Assembly (NCBI RefSeq): GCF_009834535.1
Contig: NC_045696.1
Span: forward strand, 8,124,001 to 8,188,000
Length of the DNA stretch: 64,000 nucleotides
DNA from: Camelus ferus
Taxonomy: Eukaryota
Direction of reading: 5' to 3'
The translations under genes and the position numbers were made by a program. Shown here in pieces: positions 12,161 through 26,200 of the stretch (positions within the stretch are counted from its first letter, which is position 1; each line of letters opens with the position of its first letter). A model generated the notes under the pieces. The model had not been told where the DNA came from. It ran no database searches and was given only the letters and a program-made list of their open reading frames with translations.

Positions 12161-13426
12161 ATGAAGCTAGAACACTCCCTTACACCATATACAAAAATCA
12201 ACTCAAAATGGATTAAAGACTTAAACATAAGACAAGATACAATAAACCTCCTAGAGGAAAACATAGGCAAAACATTATCTGACATACATTTAAAAAATTT
12301 TCTCCTAGAAGAAATAAAAGCAAGAATAAACAAATGGGACCTAATGAAACTTACAAGCTTCTGCACAGCAAAGGAAACCAGAAGTAAAACAAGAAAACCT
12401 ACGGAATGGGAGAAAATTTTTGCAAGTGAAACCAACAAAGGCTTGATCTCCAGGATATATAAGCAGCTCATACGACTCAATAAGAAAAAAATAAACAACC
12501 CAATCCAAAAATGGGCAGAAGACCTAAACAAGCAATTCTCCAAGGAAGACATACAAATGATCAAAAAGCACATGAAAAAATGCTCAATATCACTAATTAT
12601 CAGAGAAATGCAAATCAAAACTACAATGAGGTATCACCTCACACCAGTCAGAATGGCCGTCATTCAAAAATCCACAAATGACAAATGCTGGAGAGGCTGT
12701 GGAGAAAGGGGAACCCTCCTACACTGCTGGTGGGAATGCAGTTTGGTGCAGCCACTATGGAAAACAGTGTGGAGATTCCTCAAAAGACTAGGAATAGACT
12801 TACCATATGACCCAGGAATCCCACTCTTGGGCTTGTATCCAGAAGGAAATCTACTTCAGGATGACACCTGCACCCCAATGTTCATAGCAGCACTATTTAC
12901 AACAGCCAAAACATGGAAACAGCCTAAATGTCCATCAACAGGTGACTGGATAAAGAAGATGTGGTATATTTATACAATGGAATACTACTCAGCCATAAAA
13001 ACCGACAATATAATGCCATTTGCAGCAACATGGATGCTCCTGGAGAATGTCATTCTAAGTGAAGTAAGCCAGAAAGAGAAAGAAAAATACCATATGAGAT
13101 CGCTCATATGTGGAATCTAAAAAACAAAAACAAAAACAAAGCATATACAGGACAGAAATAGACTCATAGACAGAGAATACAGTCTTGTGGTTGCCAGGTG
13201 GGCGGAGGGTGGGAAGGGACAGACTGGGATTTCAAAATTGTAGAATAGATAAACAGGATTACACTGTATAGCACAGGGAAATATACACAAAATGTTATGA
13301 TAACTCACAGAGAAAAAAATGTGACAATGAGTGTGTATATGTCCATGAATGACTGAAAAATTGTGCTGAACACTGGAATTTGACACAACATTTTAAAATG
13401 ATTATAAATCAATAAAAAATGTTAAA
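12161..13426 (+). mobile_element. Young 5'-truncated LINE-1 (ORF2 C-terminus, 3'UTR, poly(A)), antisense in DOP1B intron 4
   Basis: Uninterrupted 319-aa ORF2 C-terminus (12161-13120) with CCHC motif [24 protein letters not shown] and A tail; TSD AAAACACTGCA at 12150-12160 and 13427-13437; TT/AAAA target. Confidence 0.95.
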
Positions 13427-14787
13427 AAAACACTGCATACAAAAAAAATGTCAACTACTTTTTGATATTAAAAATGAATTTTGTTCTTTTTAAAGCTAGT
13501 CTGGACCATTTGGACTCATAAAACATTTGTAGCCAATGACGCAGAGTATCATCTTTTCAGAACAAACGAAATGGAGAAGCAGGAGGGACAGCCAAACGTT
13601 TAGGACAAGGACATGGTTTAGTGGTTAAAGGTATCAACTGGTCTCCTATCAAGGCTGAGCAAACAAATGGAGCTTATCTCTGCCCAGCTCTGAAAACAAC
13701 CAAAGGCCCTAATTTTGGGCAGAAGTTCCAATCAGCAGTTGTCGTAAATCGGGCAGATGGATCCCTGTGTCCCCTGGACAGACCGGATGGTCCTGAGCTA
13801 GGAAGATTCCCACAGCAACAGAGTAACTTAGGAAGTCCCTGGAATGGTCCTCTCTCTCCAGGATCCCTATCACAAGAACACCAACACTTAGATAAAACCC
13901 AGCGCAGACACCTTAGTGCTCACGCTGCTATCACGTCCCCCTTGCTTAGGACAGCGTATTCCCAAAGTACGTCCCATGGAACACCGGCCACTTGAGCTGT
14001 TCCACAGGAGTGGTTCCGCTGTCAAAGAGCCTGGGGACACCCCTTACACTTTCCCTCCTTCAGGAGTCAGAGAGCACTGGCTGGTTTTCTTTATGAAAGA
14101 AATGCAGCGTTAAATAAACAGACAAAGTCCTATTTTATCCTAAAATATTAATGGATATTAAAAACTGAAATGATACTACAGTTCAGAAAATGGCAATTAT
14201 GACAGGACTGCTATGGAGAGCAGAGTAAACAGCAAGATAACTGGGGTTAGAAGCTAAACTTCTACTACAGAAGAATTACATCATCTCAGTTGTGAAATTC
14301 CAAATTACGTGTGCTCAGTTTAGCATCCAGAATGGTAATCTTTTCTATTCAAAACTAACAACCAAAAGAAAAACAAAACCACCCTACAACCCAAAACAAA
14401 AGAGACACACCAAACCCCAACCTCCACTCTCTCCATCCTTCCTTGGCCACGCTGGCCGCTGCTCTCCTGTGCCCCCTGCAAACACAAGCTCACTCTACCA
14501 AAACGGACACTCTTCTCTGCTCAACTGACAGAAGTGAGTGACACGGGCCTTTAGTCCTAAGCATCTCACAACTCTGGCTGTGCGGCCACTTGCCGAGCTG
14601 TCACGAGACTGAACAGCCTGGTGTGTGATCATCTGAATGAGCAGGGATGTGACAACAGCGCCCTGCACCATCACTGACAGACAGATGCCAAATAAGCAGC
14701 AAAAAATTCTATAACTAGCAGAGTTCATCATGGTGCCTGGCATCAACAGAAAGAAAGGTCAATAAGCACTTTTCAACTACTATTTAA

Positions 14788-14986
14788 ATCAGGGTTTCTC
14801 AGCCTTGACACTGTTACCACCTGGGGCTGGATCCTCTGCTGTGAGACAAACGTGTGCGTTGAAGGGTGTTTAGCCTCACCCCTCGTGCACCTTCCCATGA
14901 TGCCAGCAGCACCCTCCCTTCCCCAGTTATAACAACCAAAAATGTGCCCAGATATTGCCAAATGTCCCCTGGGGGACAAAAATCAC
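14788..14986 (+). mobile_element. MER20 (hAT-Charlie) DNA transposon relic
   Basis: cagggtttctcagccttgacactgtt...acaaccaaaaatgtgcccagatattgccaaatgtcccctgggggacaaaaatcac. Confidence 0.8.
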
Positions 14987-15881
14987 AGAAATCTCTGGTG
15001 AGCTGGTTCTGCCTGCTTACTGACCACTGAAAACAACCGCCTCTCTCTCCTCCGTCCTCTTAGAATAGGAGGTGAGTGTCCACCTGCCCCAGCTAATCCT
15101 GTTTTCTCAGTACAGCAAAACACGAAAGCCATGTGGCTACTTCTAGGGCACTTTAAAGAAGGAATTCTGGCAGGCAGTGATTCTCAGGCATCAAAGGGTT
15201 AGAAAGCCAGGGTGAATGAATCATGAGTCCTAACACTGGCCAAAATTTCCATTCCTTACGGTTCACTAATAAGCACAGACCAGGAACAGTCCCCGCCTCC
15301 ACGAAACTCGTGAATCACCCGCCTCACCAACCCGAGCATCCTCCACCAACCTGGCCATTGTGACCCCCGCCCCAGGCTCTCCCTTCCTGTCTCTCTGCGC
15401 AGTATTTACTGGGGGCGGTGTGTGGGGTCTGACTCAATTCCTAAGCACATTGGGGAAGAAACTGTTGCCAAACTCTCTCAAACTAACACGGATACATGCA
15501 GTCACCTAACTGCTGTTGCCTGTACAGGTGCGCTCAGGCTACACAACCCTTGACTGGCCTCTGCCTCGGAAAGCTTGTCACTAACAGCTTCTGAGAGCTG
15601 CAGACGCTGGACTGGGTTTTCTGTCACAGCTGCATCTACTCAGTGATTCATGCAGCTTTACTCAGCTCTTGGTTCAACGTCAAGAAATTACAATGTTAGG
15701 AGAAAACACTTGTGTTAAGCAACTTCAGCAACTGTTCAAATGAACACTCATTTATCAACTAAGAGAACACACAGAAACACACTGCTATTGACACACTTCT
15801 GGTGTGATTCACTCTTGCAGATTTAAAACCTGCAAAACACTTTAGGAACTGATGTGTTCAACTTCAGACGAGGAGAAAAGT

Positions 15882-15885
<4 letters not shown>

Positions 15886-15912
<27 letters not shown>
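15886..15912. repeat. (AC)13 microsatellite
   Basis: Read directly. Confidence 0.9.
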
Positions 15913-15917
<5 letters not shown>

Positions 15918-17144
15918 TTGTTAGGAAAATATAAGTGGACCAGAACTTCTACAAAGGGCCTAAGACCAGGAATCAAGAGACAGAGTCTGGTAATGGTCTT
16001 CTTGCTGACCCCAGGTGACCTTGACCGTTCCTTAACCCACACACCTACCCAGCCTCGCAGAGCACGGTCCTGGTCCAGAGACAGGCCCTGCCTCCCAGGG
16101 AAGTGGATCCTGGTGACTGAGTGCACTGCTGAGGTGGACTCCCTCCCCACTGGAAAGTCAAGAGCCACCACCTGCTCTGTGTGAAAGCCTGAAATGGCCC
16201 AAGTGCACATCAAATCCCAGCACACATGCTCGTGATGTGCATGCGTCCTTGGTCACCAGTGACAATCCTGCAAACCATTCTGACCATTTGGTTTCCCTGA
16301 GGGGATCGTTCTGACTAGACCCTGGACTGATCCTTCAGTTCCACTCCACACCCCCTGCCCCCCCACCCCCCTAGTCACAGCCAACCCAACAGGCAAAGGT
16401 GGTGTGGCTGGGGCCTCTGGCGGGAAGAGCAGTGCCTTGTGTAACCAGATGGAAACTTTCGCAAGCACAAAGGTTCCTAAACCTCCAGTCAGGCTGTGCG
16501 TGGGCTCTGAAAACAGGTCCTATGAACTGAAGTTAGTCACTGTGGCATTCACTTAGAATGGTTAATACATGGGAAGTGAGTTCCTGCACTGTAATTCTCC
16601 AGAAAAACAGGACATTCTGTATCCTCAGTTGTCTGAATGGATACCAGCTTTCTCCTGGACCTAAGCAGTGACCGAAACAAACAGATAAATACTACCGTGT
16701 GAGATTTACAAATTTCTCCAAGGTGCTACTGAAACTTGTCAAGCTATCCTTAGCTGCACACCGTTCTGTGCCCTACCTGCCACTGGAACTTGGCCACGCC
16801 CTTTTATTTGGAAGCAGCCTAGTGTAACAGGAAGGAGGAGGACTTCAGAAGCTGACACGGGGGTGGAATCCCATCTCTGCCACCCACTGTTGGTGCGACT
16901 CTGGGGAATTTCCTGCCTCCTGACCCTCACCTGGACACGGAGGGAGTTCCCAGGGGCACCGGGTACTGTGCCAGGCGGAGCCCAGCACAGAAATGTAAGC
17001 ATCACCTCGACTCCTGCACCTGTCCTGCTCCCCCGCACGTCTCTGCACTTCTTCCCCATTTCTCATAAAGCGGCGGAATGCAACCCGAGCCACGCGGCGC
17101 GCCCACCTGGACGGGCACGGCCGTGAGCTCTGGACGAGACCCAC

Positions 17145-17315
17145 CTGTCGTAGATCTCCGAGCCCTCCTCGAGGCCGGGCAGCAGGCCGACGATGAAGGC
17201 CTGGAGACTGGGCAGCAGCAGCTTCTGCAGCGGGAGGAAGTACTTCTCGTAAAGGCCGAGCAGCACGGGCCGCACCGACATGGCTGCATGCGCCAGCAGA
17301 GGGAACAACCCACAG
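17145..17315 (-). CDS. DOP1B: DOP1B coding exon 4
   Basis: aag|C TGT GGG TTG...GAC AG|gtgggt; 171 nt; [56 protein letters not shown]. Confidence 0.96.
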
Positions 17316-17693
17316 CTTGGGGACAGAAGAAGAGGAGGGGATAATGAGACACCTGCTTGGAAGCTCCAAATGATCAGCCAGCCCAATGGGGTCTTTGAAA
17401 CAGCCAGCCAACCATCTAAGCTGGTGATGGAGATGCCTGCTCGTCATGAGACGGTCACAGCGTGCCTTGAGCACAGCACAGGGGACAGGTCTGGACGGGA
17501 CACTCCAACTTAAAGAAAAGTCAGGCAGGACACACTCCAGAAGGTGAGCTCTGGTTTCCTCCTGTGATGGATTTATAGGGAGCCATTCTACATGCCCGCT
17601 GTATGTTTCTTGTTTATCACTGTCTTATCTTGGGAACTGAAATGTGGATTACTCAGGTAATAAAAAAGGAATGTGGTGGGGCAGCTACTGTAC

Positions 17694-17875
17694 CTGTAGA
17701 GGAACAAATCCTTGGCCAGCCATTTGGTCCCCACAATTTTAAAGATAATTTCATAGGTTTCTAGGGCTTTTAAGTGCACACCACTGGGCAAAGCAGGATG
17801 TAGGCACTGAGCTAATCTCTTGCTGATAAGGAGCCGTCTTGGCAACAAGGAATACCTCAGGTTACTCTGCAGAGC
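17694..17875 (-). CDS. DOP1B: DOP1B coding exon 3
   Basis: cag|GCT CTG CAG...TAC AG|gtacag; 182 nt; contains the Dopey_N hallmark [23 protein letters not shown]. Confidence 0.97.
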
Positions 17876-20800
17876 CTGGAAAACAAGGAGAAACACGTGA
17901 GGAAGGAGGCGGTGACGCTGACGGTGGAGAGTCCATCTGCGGGGGCTGAGGGGACACCAGCAGGCCCCAGTGTGGCTGGAAGAGATCGGGCGTGACAGGA
18001 CAGGAGGACACAGGGACGGCACGGGGGGCAGGCGGTGGGGACCACGAGCCAGCATCAGGGCCGGGGGGCCAGGAAGCCCCCAGCCATGCTGGAGATGAGG
18101 CAGGCACCAGAGCTGAGGGCAGAGGAAACCCTGCATTCCTCCAAAGGGATTTTGTCACAATCAGGTCGGCTTCTTGGCCACACGTGGAAGCCCATGGACC
18201 AGTGAGGGCTGTGTGGTTCTGTCTGGGGAAGCCTCTGGTCTACACATGAGACTAAGCAGGACACAGAGCTCCTGTCCCCACAAAGACTCTTGTTTGTGTG
18301 CGTGGAAGCCCTAGATCTCCCCATCATTCTCCCAGCTTGGCATCAGAGCCGAGTGGCTCTGAGTGAGGGACACCACAGAAAAGAAGGGGGCACACTTCTG
18401 GGCTGTGACTCCTGGCATCTTCACCAGTGGGCTCCACAGGAGAAAACCAGAACCGTGCTGGCACCGAGTGGCAGTCCTCCCGTGCCAGGCCTCCTCCAGC
18501 AGGACACAGGCCTTGTCTGCACTAGAGCATCCTGGGCACCTGCCGCACCCAGGAAATACTGCCAGGGGCATGAGCAGATGGATGCTGCCCCTCATGGCTG
18601 CAGGTGACCACGTGGAGGGCACTGGGTGGGTCCTCGAGACTCAATCTTATGATACCAAGTGTCGTCATTACAGTGGAACAATCCATACAACTCGCACAAA
18701 TATTTACAGAAAGCCAGCAGGGTAAAGTCCATGCTTCTTAAAAAGCCACTCAAAGGCTGCTATAGCGTGATTTCTGCCCAGTTCCCACACTCCATCTCTC
18801 ATGCTTCGGCTTCAAACTTTCTAACAACACAGATCCACCTGCACTCCAGCCCGCCCCTCGCTGGCCCTCAGCCAGGACGTCCCTCCCCTCCGCTGTGCTA
18901 ATGTTCCTCACTTGAGACTTAGCTCAGCAGCCCCTCCCAGCAGGCAGAATGGTCCCAGCTCCGGGCAGGGCACACTCATTTAGCTGCTGCCCTGCCGGGA
19001 TCCGCGTGCACGTCTGTCACTGACTCTGCTGTGCTAATGACGCCTGCTTCAGGGCTGACCCAGGCGGTGAGCAACCTGCTGGCCAGGCCTATCTCCTTCC
19101 TCTGCTGTCCTCAGCACTCTGCACACCGCCTCCCACGAGACAGGCATCCTGGGACAACGTCACAGGACACGCATGTCAGAACCGCTGGTCCCCGGACGGT
19201 GTGATCGTAGGGCCGTGATGGCTTTCTCTCTATGAGCAAAGAAAACGATCCTCCTCTAAAACCTACACTGAGGTTTGCAGGAGATGGAGGGATGAGAGGG
19301 AAAGTAATATTTTTCATCAGAGCATGTGGTCAAACTGAACTCTCAGTTCAATGCAACTGTATCTTAAAAAAACCAGCCACACCTAGAGGTCATCAAGGAA
19401 TACCTTAAAACATTATTTAAGAGAGTCTGATAGCTTAAAACAAAGGGAAAAGCCAACAAAATTTTTTTTAATGTGCTTATGTCAAACAGAAAATTGAAGT
19501 GGTGACCAAAAATACACACTGTAACAGAAAATAAGAACTGAGACGCTCAGGCAGAGAGGAAATGACTGTGGGAAGCTCACAGGGAACAGTGCATTACGGA
19601 CATTCTCAAACATACAGAAAAGCATGTCGAACAGCAACGGACCCATCACCCAGCTTCAGCAAGGATCAGCTGGCCAGTCCTGAAGACGCAGCTTTTGGAA
19701 ACCATGTCTGGGGCTCACCTGGCTTATCGATAATGCGGAGGTGGGTGCGGTGGTGGGCTTTCTCCACAAATCCAGAGGAGGAGAACGAAACTCTGTGCTC
19801 ACCTGTTCTTTCGGTCAGGCAGGGCTTTTGCTTTTTAAGTCATGATCTCATTTTTGCTTAGTGTATTCTAAGGACTTTTGCTATGTGCTGTGTAAAAGCT
19901 GTGCTGCAGCTGCTAAGGTGGTCACCTGGGATTCACAAGTGTCTGGTCCCCCCGGGCTGGGCAGTAGCAGCATCCCAGTCCTCTGCCCTTTTGAGCACAG
20001 GCGGGGCAGCATGACTCACTCTGGCCAGCGAGATGAGTGGAATGATGTGTCACTCCTACTCACCCATGGGGCTCTCCTTCCCCACCCTAGAGGTGGGTTG
20101 AGCTGAAGTCCCTCCCAGCCTGGGTCCCTGAGAAATTACAGAGAACAGAAACCACTTGCTGACCTACACCTAGGCAGAACTCAATCAAGTGGTAAAAATC
20201 ACTGAGTGTGGGGACTGTTTGTTACCATGATGGAACCTTCCCTATGCTGACTGATACACCTCTTCCCATATAAATGGGATTTCAAGGAACCACAACCATT
20301 CATTTCAAAGGAACGAGGCTGGTTGCTATTTCTTTCTCATTTAAATTTGTCATTCCACTTAACTAGAAAAGGAAACATAACCAGTGACCAGTACATGTGG
20401 AATGGATTGTTCATTGTATGCTGCCCATGTTAATCCAAGCAAATACAGTGTGTCTGAATCGGGGAGTCAGTGCCTCTTGACCGAAAGGTACACTGAAGAT
20501 GAAAGTAGCTGACTTGAAAACGCAAGAACAAAAGATATAATCCGATAGCATTTAGAAAAATGAGAAAATACTCATCCTTTCTGATTAAAAATAAATGCAA
20601 ATTAAAACTACTAGGAAATGCCATCCTTTTTACCCATCAGATTGGCAAGTTAGATGGAAGCACACAGGTTCAGAAGTAGAGCAGAGACACCCAGAGATCA
20701 CAAACCAGGTTTATCAAACCTACAGTCAGGATTTGGGCAGACAGAATTTGCGAGCCTGCTCCTTGAACTGGTTAAGACATCTGATTCCCCTGTGTCTGGG

Positions 20801-20929
20801 TCATAATGATTTTGTTATCACACTTCCCATAGATAGCCTGGCACCTACCACATGCTTCAAAACTGAGGCTGAACAAACACACAAGAGTGAGGCTATTATA
20901 ATGCCTGGCTTAAGTCTGTGAGCCTGCAG

Positions 20930-21095
20930 GTCGCAGCCTGGAGTTCCAGTTCTGTCATCTGTTGGGTAAATTCTTTAATTTTTCTGGGCTGCGGTTTCAA
21001 ATGGATAATGATGCCGCACGGAGTTGCAAGCATCCGATGAGACATCACATGTAAAGAAATTAGCACAGTGCCTGCCACAGCATAAGTAATCAACA
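20930..21095 (+). mobile_element. MIR SINE relic
   Basis: MIR core-like ...gagacatcacatgtaaagaaattagcacagtgcctgccacagcataagtaatcaa. Confidence 0.6.
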
Positions 21096-21800
21096 GACAT
21101 CTCCTGTTAGTATAATGACAAGCTGAAAACTAAGCGCCAGATTTAAAGATGGAGACAGAAATGCACCTTATTTTAAAAGAAGTGACTGAAATCCAATCAT
21201 TTGTAAATATTGCCCTTTATGTCACAAAAGCAAACAAGGACACTAGTCAGATGTGTTTATGAGAAAGGTCGAGAAATATATTGTCCTAGAAAAAGAAAAA
21301 CTCAAATTGTTGTATATTTGGAGGTGAGATCAACCGTGGACCCAAAATATGATGAGAATTCTGAGAGACACTGAAGTCAAAGGGAAACTGCATATAATGA
21401 GAGGTGGAGCTGAAGAACCTGAAATTTCCTTTTAAGATGATAAAGGAAAAGGTACATAGTAATTAATATTTAAGATTTAAAGGGAAAAATTATTTTTATT
21501 TCTTAAAGGATATTTAATGAAAAAAATTCTAAAGAAACATTTTGCAGGTGGCTAAGACTGGAGATTAGAATAGCCGGGTGAAAACGTTTCCATGTAACAG
21601 ATCCAAAGCTCTTTTAGAAGCAAAGGATTCCCCTCGACAGAACTCCACCTCCCACAGTGTGACTTAACTACACGGGAAATGGGGTGTGGACCCCATTTTA
21701 AAACCCCTTCCACGTGAGCAGCACCAAGCAGCACCTCAAATTCTACCTTCCTGAGACTCTTCCTTTGTCTCACTGAGGATTAATCCATGGGCCACAAGGG

Positions 21801-22309
21801 TGTCAACTGAAAAAAAGGCACAACCTAAAAGTTGAGAATTATGTTTTATTAGGCAGACTTTCTGAGGACTTCAAGCTAGGGAGACAGCCTCTCAGATCGC
21901 TCTGAGGGACTGCTCCGAAAAGGCAGGGGAGGAGCCAGGATATACGGGAGCTTTTGCAACAAAGACTTTACTATTAAAGAAAACCAGGTATCTCAAGTTA
22001 AGGAATTTAGCGTTTTTCTATGTATGGGAAGATGTAAGAGTCAGGGCTCACTGAAATCATTCCTTCGATGTGCACCTAGCTGTCTAGGGCCAGTGTCCCA
22101 TTCTTCCACACCCGAGTCCCCTCTGGGGCACTGCCGGGGGTGCTGCCGGGGGTGCTGCAGTGGCTGAGGGCGTGATGGCCAGGCATTCAGTTTCCATCCT
22201 GAGTTCCCTCAGGGCTCACCTTTGGGATGGCTGCAAAGTGATGGCTTGATGGCTGCAACATCCGTTATCCTTTGTTTACTGATATGGCAGGCAATATTTT
22301 TTATTTACA
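21801..22309 (-). mobile_element. Solo ERV LTR (probably ERV1 class; subfamily uncertain)
   Basis: 509 bp bounded by TG...CA; flanks AGGG/AGGA resemble a 4-bp TSD with one mismatch; AATAAA on minus strand at 21850-21845 near the 3' end. Confidence 0.7.
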
Positions 22310-22699
22310 AGGAGAACAGCTCCATGATTTTTAAGGCAAACTTTTTAAAAGAGGGCAAGAGTTATCTAATGATTCATTTCCTCTCAGGCTGCTACAATTT
22401 CAGAGCTCCATGTGCTGCTTCAGCCCAGTGGCTTTCTTCAGTCAGACACCCTGGATTCAGAAGCTCCCCTATTTGCAAGCTAGCCCCCTTGGGCGTGAGC
22501 AAAGCGCCTGGTCAACGTGGCCAGCCCACTTCAGGCTCCCAAACACATTTCTGGTAGGAAACTGGAGGGATTCTGCTGCATCCTCTCTGAGAGGTGGGGT
22601 CAAGCCTGATGCCCACAGCTGCCACTGCTTCTGAAAAAGACGACACTCTACTTGGACCAGACCTGCCCTAGGAGGTTTCAACGCTGAGTGCTGCGCACC

Positions 22700-23240
22700 A
22701 CAGGTGGGAATGTAAAAGGGTGCAAAATGTTAAACATTTGATTTGTTTCCCAATTCCACTTCTGGATGCACACCCAAAAGAACTGAAAGCAGGGACTCAA
22801 ACAGGTATCTGCACCCCCACGTTCGCTGCAGCATTATTCACAATGGTCAAAAGGTGGAAACCAACCAAAGGCCCACGAATGGATGAATGGATCAACAAAA
22901 TGGGGTCTATATATTCAATGGAATACAATCACAGGCTACCACATGCATGAATCTTGAAGGTACTGTTCTAAGTGAAATAAGCCTGACACAAAAAGACAAA
23001 TTTTGTATGGTTCTACTTATATGAGGTTCCTGGTGGTGACCAGGGGCTGGGGAGACGGGGAATGGGGAGTGAGTAGTTAATGGATATGGAGTTTCTAGCT
23101 CAGGAAGACATAAAAGTTCTGGAAATGGATGGTGGTGATGGTTGCATAACAACGAAACACACTGAATACCATTTAACTGTACACTCAAAAATAGTTTAAA
23201 TGGTAAATTTTATGTTATGTGTAGTTTACCGCCAAAAAAG
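22700..23240 (+). mobile_element. Old L1 (L1MB-like) ORF2 end and 3'UTR fragment
   Basis: Degenerate ORF2 end (IPLLDAHPKELKAGTQTGICTPTFAAALFT..KRWK) then gttctggaaatggatggtggtgatggttgc 3'UTR motif. Confidence 0.8.
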
Positions 23241-26200
23241 AAAGGAGAAACGAACACTGTGTCACCCAACTGCTCTTGCTGGCTGAGCCGCAAGGGCCGT
23301 GAACTCTTGAGTGCTGTTCACACGTTGGACTAACTGAAAACTCTTTCCTGAGCACAGAACAAAGGGACTCCTTTTAACAAATCCTGAAAGGACCCAGGGA
23401 CTCAGTCCAGCCTCGCCTAAGTGTGAGTTTTTAACCCTTAATTAGCAAAATAACCCCTTCGACTGCGTCTTACCCTCCAGCGCCTGCAAGTGCCTGACTC
23501 CTCTTCCTGCCCCTCCCAGCTGCTCAAGAGCTGCCAGGGCCGGCCCCTGGCTCAGGTCAGGGAGGGCCACCCTGGCTCTGCCGTCCTCTGTCTGCCTCCA
23601 TCCCGGCCTTTGTTTTGGCAAGACCCTTTCTCCCGTGAGATAAGCTCAGGGACGTTTCCAGGGAAGTTTCATTGTTTGGGTTGTGTTTTTCAGGAAGCCA
23701 GAAACTCAAAATGACTGGCCAGAAAGCTTAATATAATCTCTATATATATTTTAAACACTGAATAAAAATGATGTATACAAAAAAAAAAGAGAGAAAGAGA
23801 AATGTTCTTCTACAAATGTAGAATAAATATCTTGGGAAACAGACGTTATTAGGAAGGAAAAAATGGCCATGTTTTCAAAATTACTATTTAAAGTGCTAAC
23901 CAGAAAGGAAAAACATGATTAGACGGGAAATTAAACTTCCTTATTTATTTCACTCAGACACTATAGAATTTTAAAGGTATTCCTTGAGCTATAATTACGA
24001 TATAATTACAATATTTTTAATATCATTGTATTCATGGGCTCAGCACGCTGAACTTGGAACAAAATAATAAAAAATAAAATATAAATTTGAGAAAAAAGGT
24101 TTGAAGCACATCTGAGCTCCCCTAATGAAGACCAGGAAGTGTCTCACTTTGCCCCACCCAAGGCAGTGTCTGTGTTTCACTTTGTTTTGCTCTGTCATGA
24201 CACAATCTGACAGTCTGATATTCTCCAGGACACCCAGCGTGATTTAGAACAGTTTTATGCAAGAAACATGATTAAAAATTCCAAAAGGGTAGACCGTGGA
24301 CTCAAAAAGTAACTTAATACACTTAAAAATGGTAAAGATTATACATTTTATGTTGTATTTTATCACAATTTAAAAAATTTTTAAGATAATTTAACAATAC
24401 GAATGGAGGAGAGTTATATTAAATTTTTAAATGTTCAAGCCTGTAAAATAAAATTTTAAATGTTTCCTTTAAACGTTCCTAGAAGAGCTCGCCCAAACCT
24501 GTTCGTGCAGAGAGTGGTAACACCGGCTTCAGAATGCCAGATGCTTGTCTGTAAAGGAACGTAAGGAAGCCAATTTAAAAGCCTGTCTCTCATCAAGCAA
24601 ATAGTAAGACGTTGGCATGTCTTCCTACTGGAAGTCGGTCATTTTTATAAGGATGTTCATTTCATGCCACAAAAACGAAGCTGTACAGTGAGTCAGACCG
24701 ACCAGGTGGCACAGGCTTGAACTCTCATTAAATACTTGCCAGGGGACACCAACAGTGCTCTTCAGATAGAATGAAGACAGAACAGACACTGAGCAATAAC
24801 AAACGGGCCAAGATGTCCCATATTAAAGTAGGCCATGCTGACGGCGGAGAGCGTCAGGCCGTCCCTGAAAAGGCAGTGACCTGGCCACTGCGCCAGCTTG
24901 GGGGGGCGGGGGATGGCAAGAGGCTGGTGGGGGAAACAGACATGTCATCAAGGCACTTGAAAGCCACTGCAGGGAGCTGGGATTCACAGGGAGCCAGCAA
25001 GGCCAGCTTTGGCTCAACCAGGGCAGTGACACCAGTACAACTCCTTTGTAAAGGAAGAGCTTCCTTCTCAAAAAGGTCACTGACGGAAGGGTCACTATAT
25101 TGCTTCCTGCTGAACGCTTAGAGCAAACCTGCAGAGCCGTGCACCCAATCAGCCAACTCTCAGCGTGGTTACAACATCCATGTCCCAGCCCGTGGTAGAG
25201 CTGCCAGCAGGGCACAGAGTTCTCTGGTTGACTCAACCACCCACAGCAGTTAGAGACCCATTAGGATATATTTTTTGTTGTTTAAAAATGTCTTAAACTT
25301 CACTTTATGTCTCTTGCTCAGTTTTACCTTATGTTGAATACCATGCTGCTTGCACAGGAGGATGACTAAAAAGTGACCATCTACACGCCTGGAGACCTCC
25401 GAGAGCATGGCTGAAAGGCAAAGGCACGGCCCGCCCAGCTGACGCTCCACCTTCTCACCCAGGAAACGTGCTGTCACCGCTCACAGGCTGGTCCTGCGGG
25501 TCAGACTCCAAAGGCAGCTGGAGCATCCGGGGTGCTCACTCCACGTCCGCTCCCTGGTGCAGCAGGATCACCACTGAATGCACATGAATGCACGTGCACA
25601 CACACAGGACACAGCACCAGGGGCCATCTCACCTCCTGGTTAACCCCACTTGGGAATCTAACACTAGGTCAGAAAACTGCTTCTTAAGCCATTACAACAA
25701 ACACTTCGCCGCCTCACAGAAGGCAGGCTACAACACACGTGCTCAAATATCACTCTTCAACTCCCCACCTCTGAATTTACTCCCTTTAGACTGTAAAAGA
25801 CACTGACTGACACCACTGACACCTATTTCCCCTGTCTCCCCACAGAGAAACTTCATGGGCTACCGTGATGCTTTCCAGCACTTTCCATGTTTCCAGGCTT
25901 TATTCTTTGCCGAGAGCAGTGCCCGTCCTCAGCCCTCCCTCTCGTCCACATGTCCCCCTCCCTCCTGGGCTGTGCGGGGCACTGGCTGAGCTGAAACAGT
26001 GCATGTAGAGCTGGGAAATACCTCAAGCAAGTCTGAGCTTCATTCAGTGTCTTCATCAGTAAAAGGAGCTGAATGGCACTGACTTTGGAGGATTCCAGGT
26101 TTGAAAAGTAATGGGTGAGAAGCATGTATCAGGGGCTCACTAAAGGGAGTCACTCTATTTTCGAGGGCTCATGATGGAAAATGATGGGGGAGGTCCAGGC

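Noticed and set aside
12148..12618. 156-aa hydrophobic minus-strand ORF
   Set aside because: Antisense reading of L1 ORF2.
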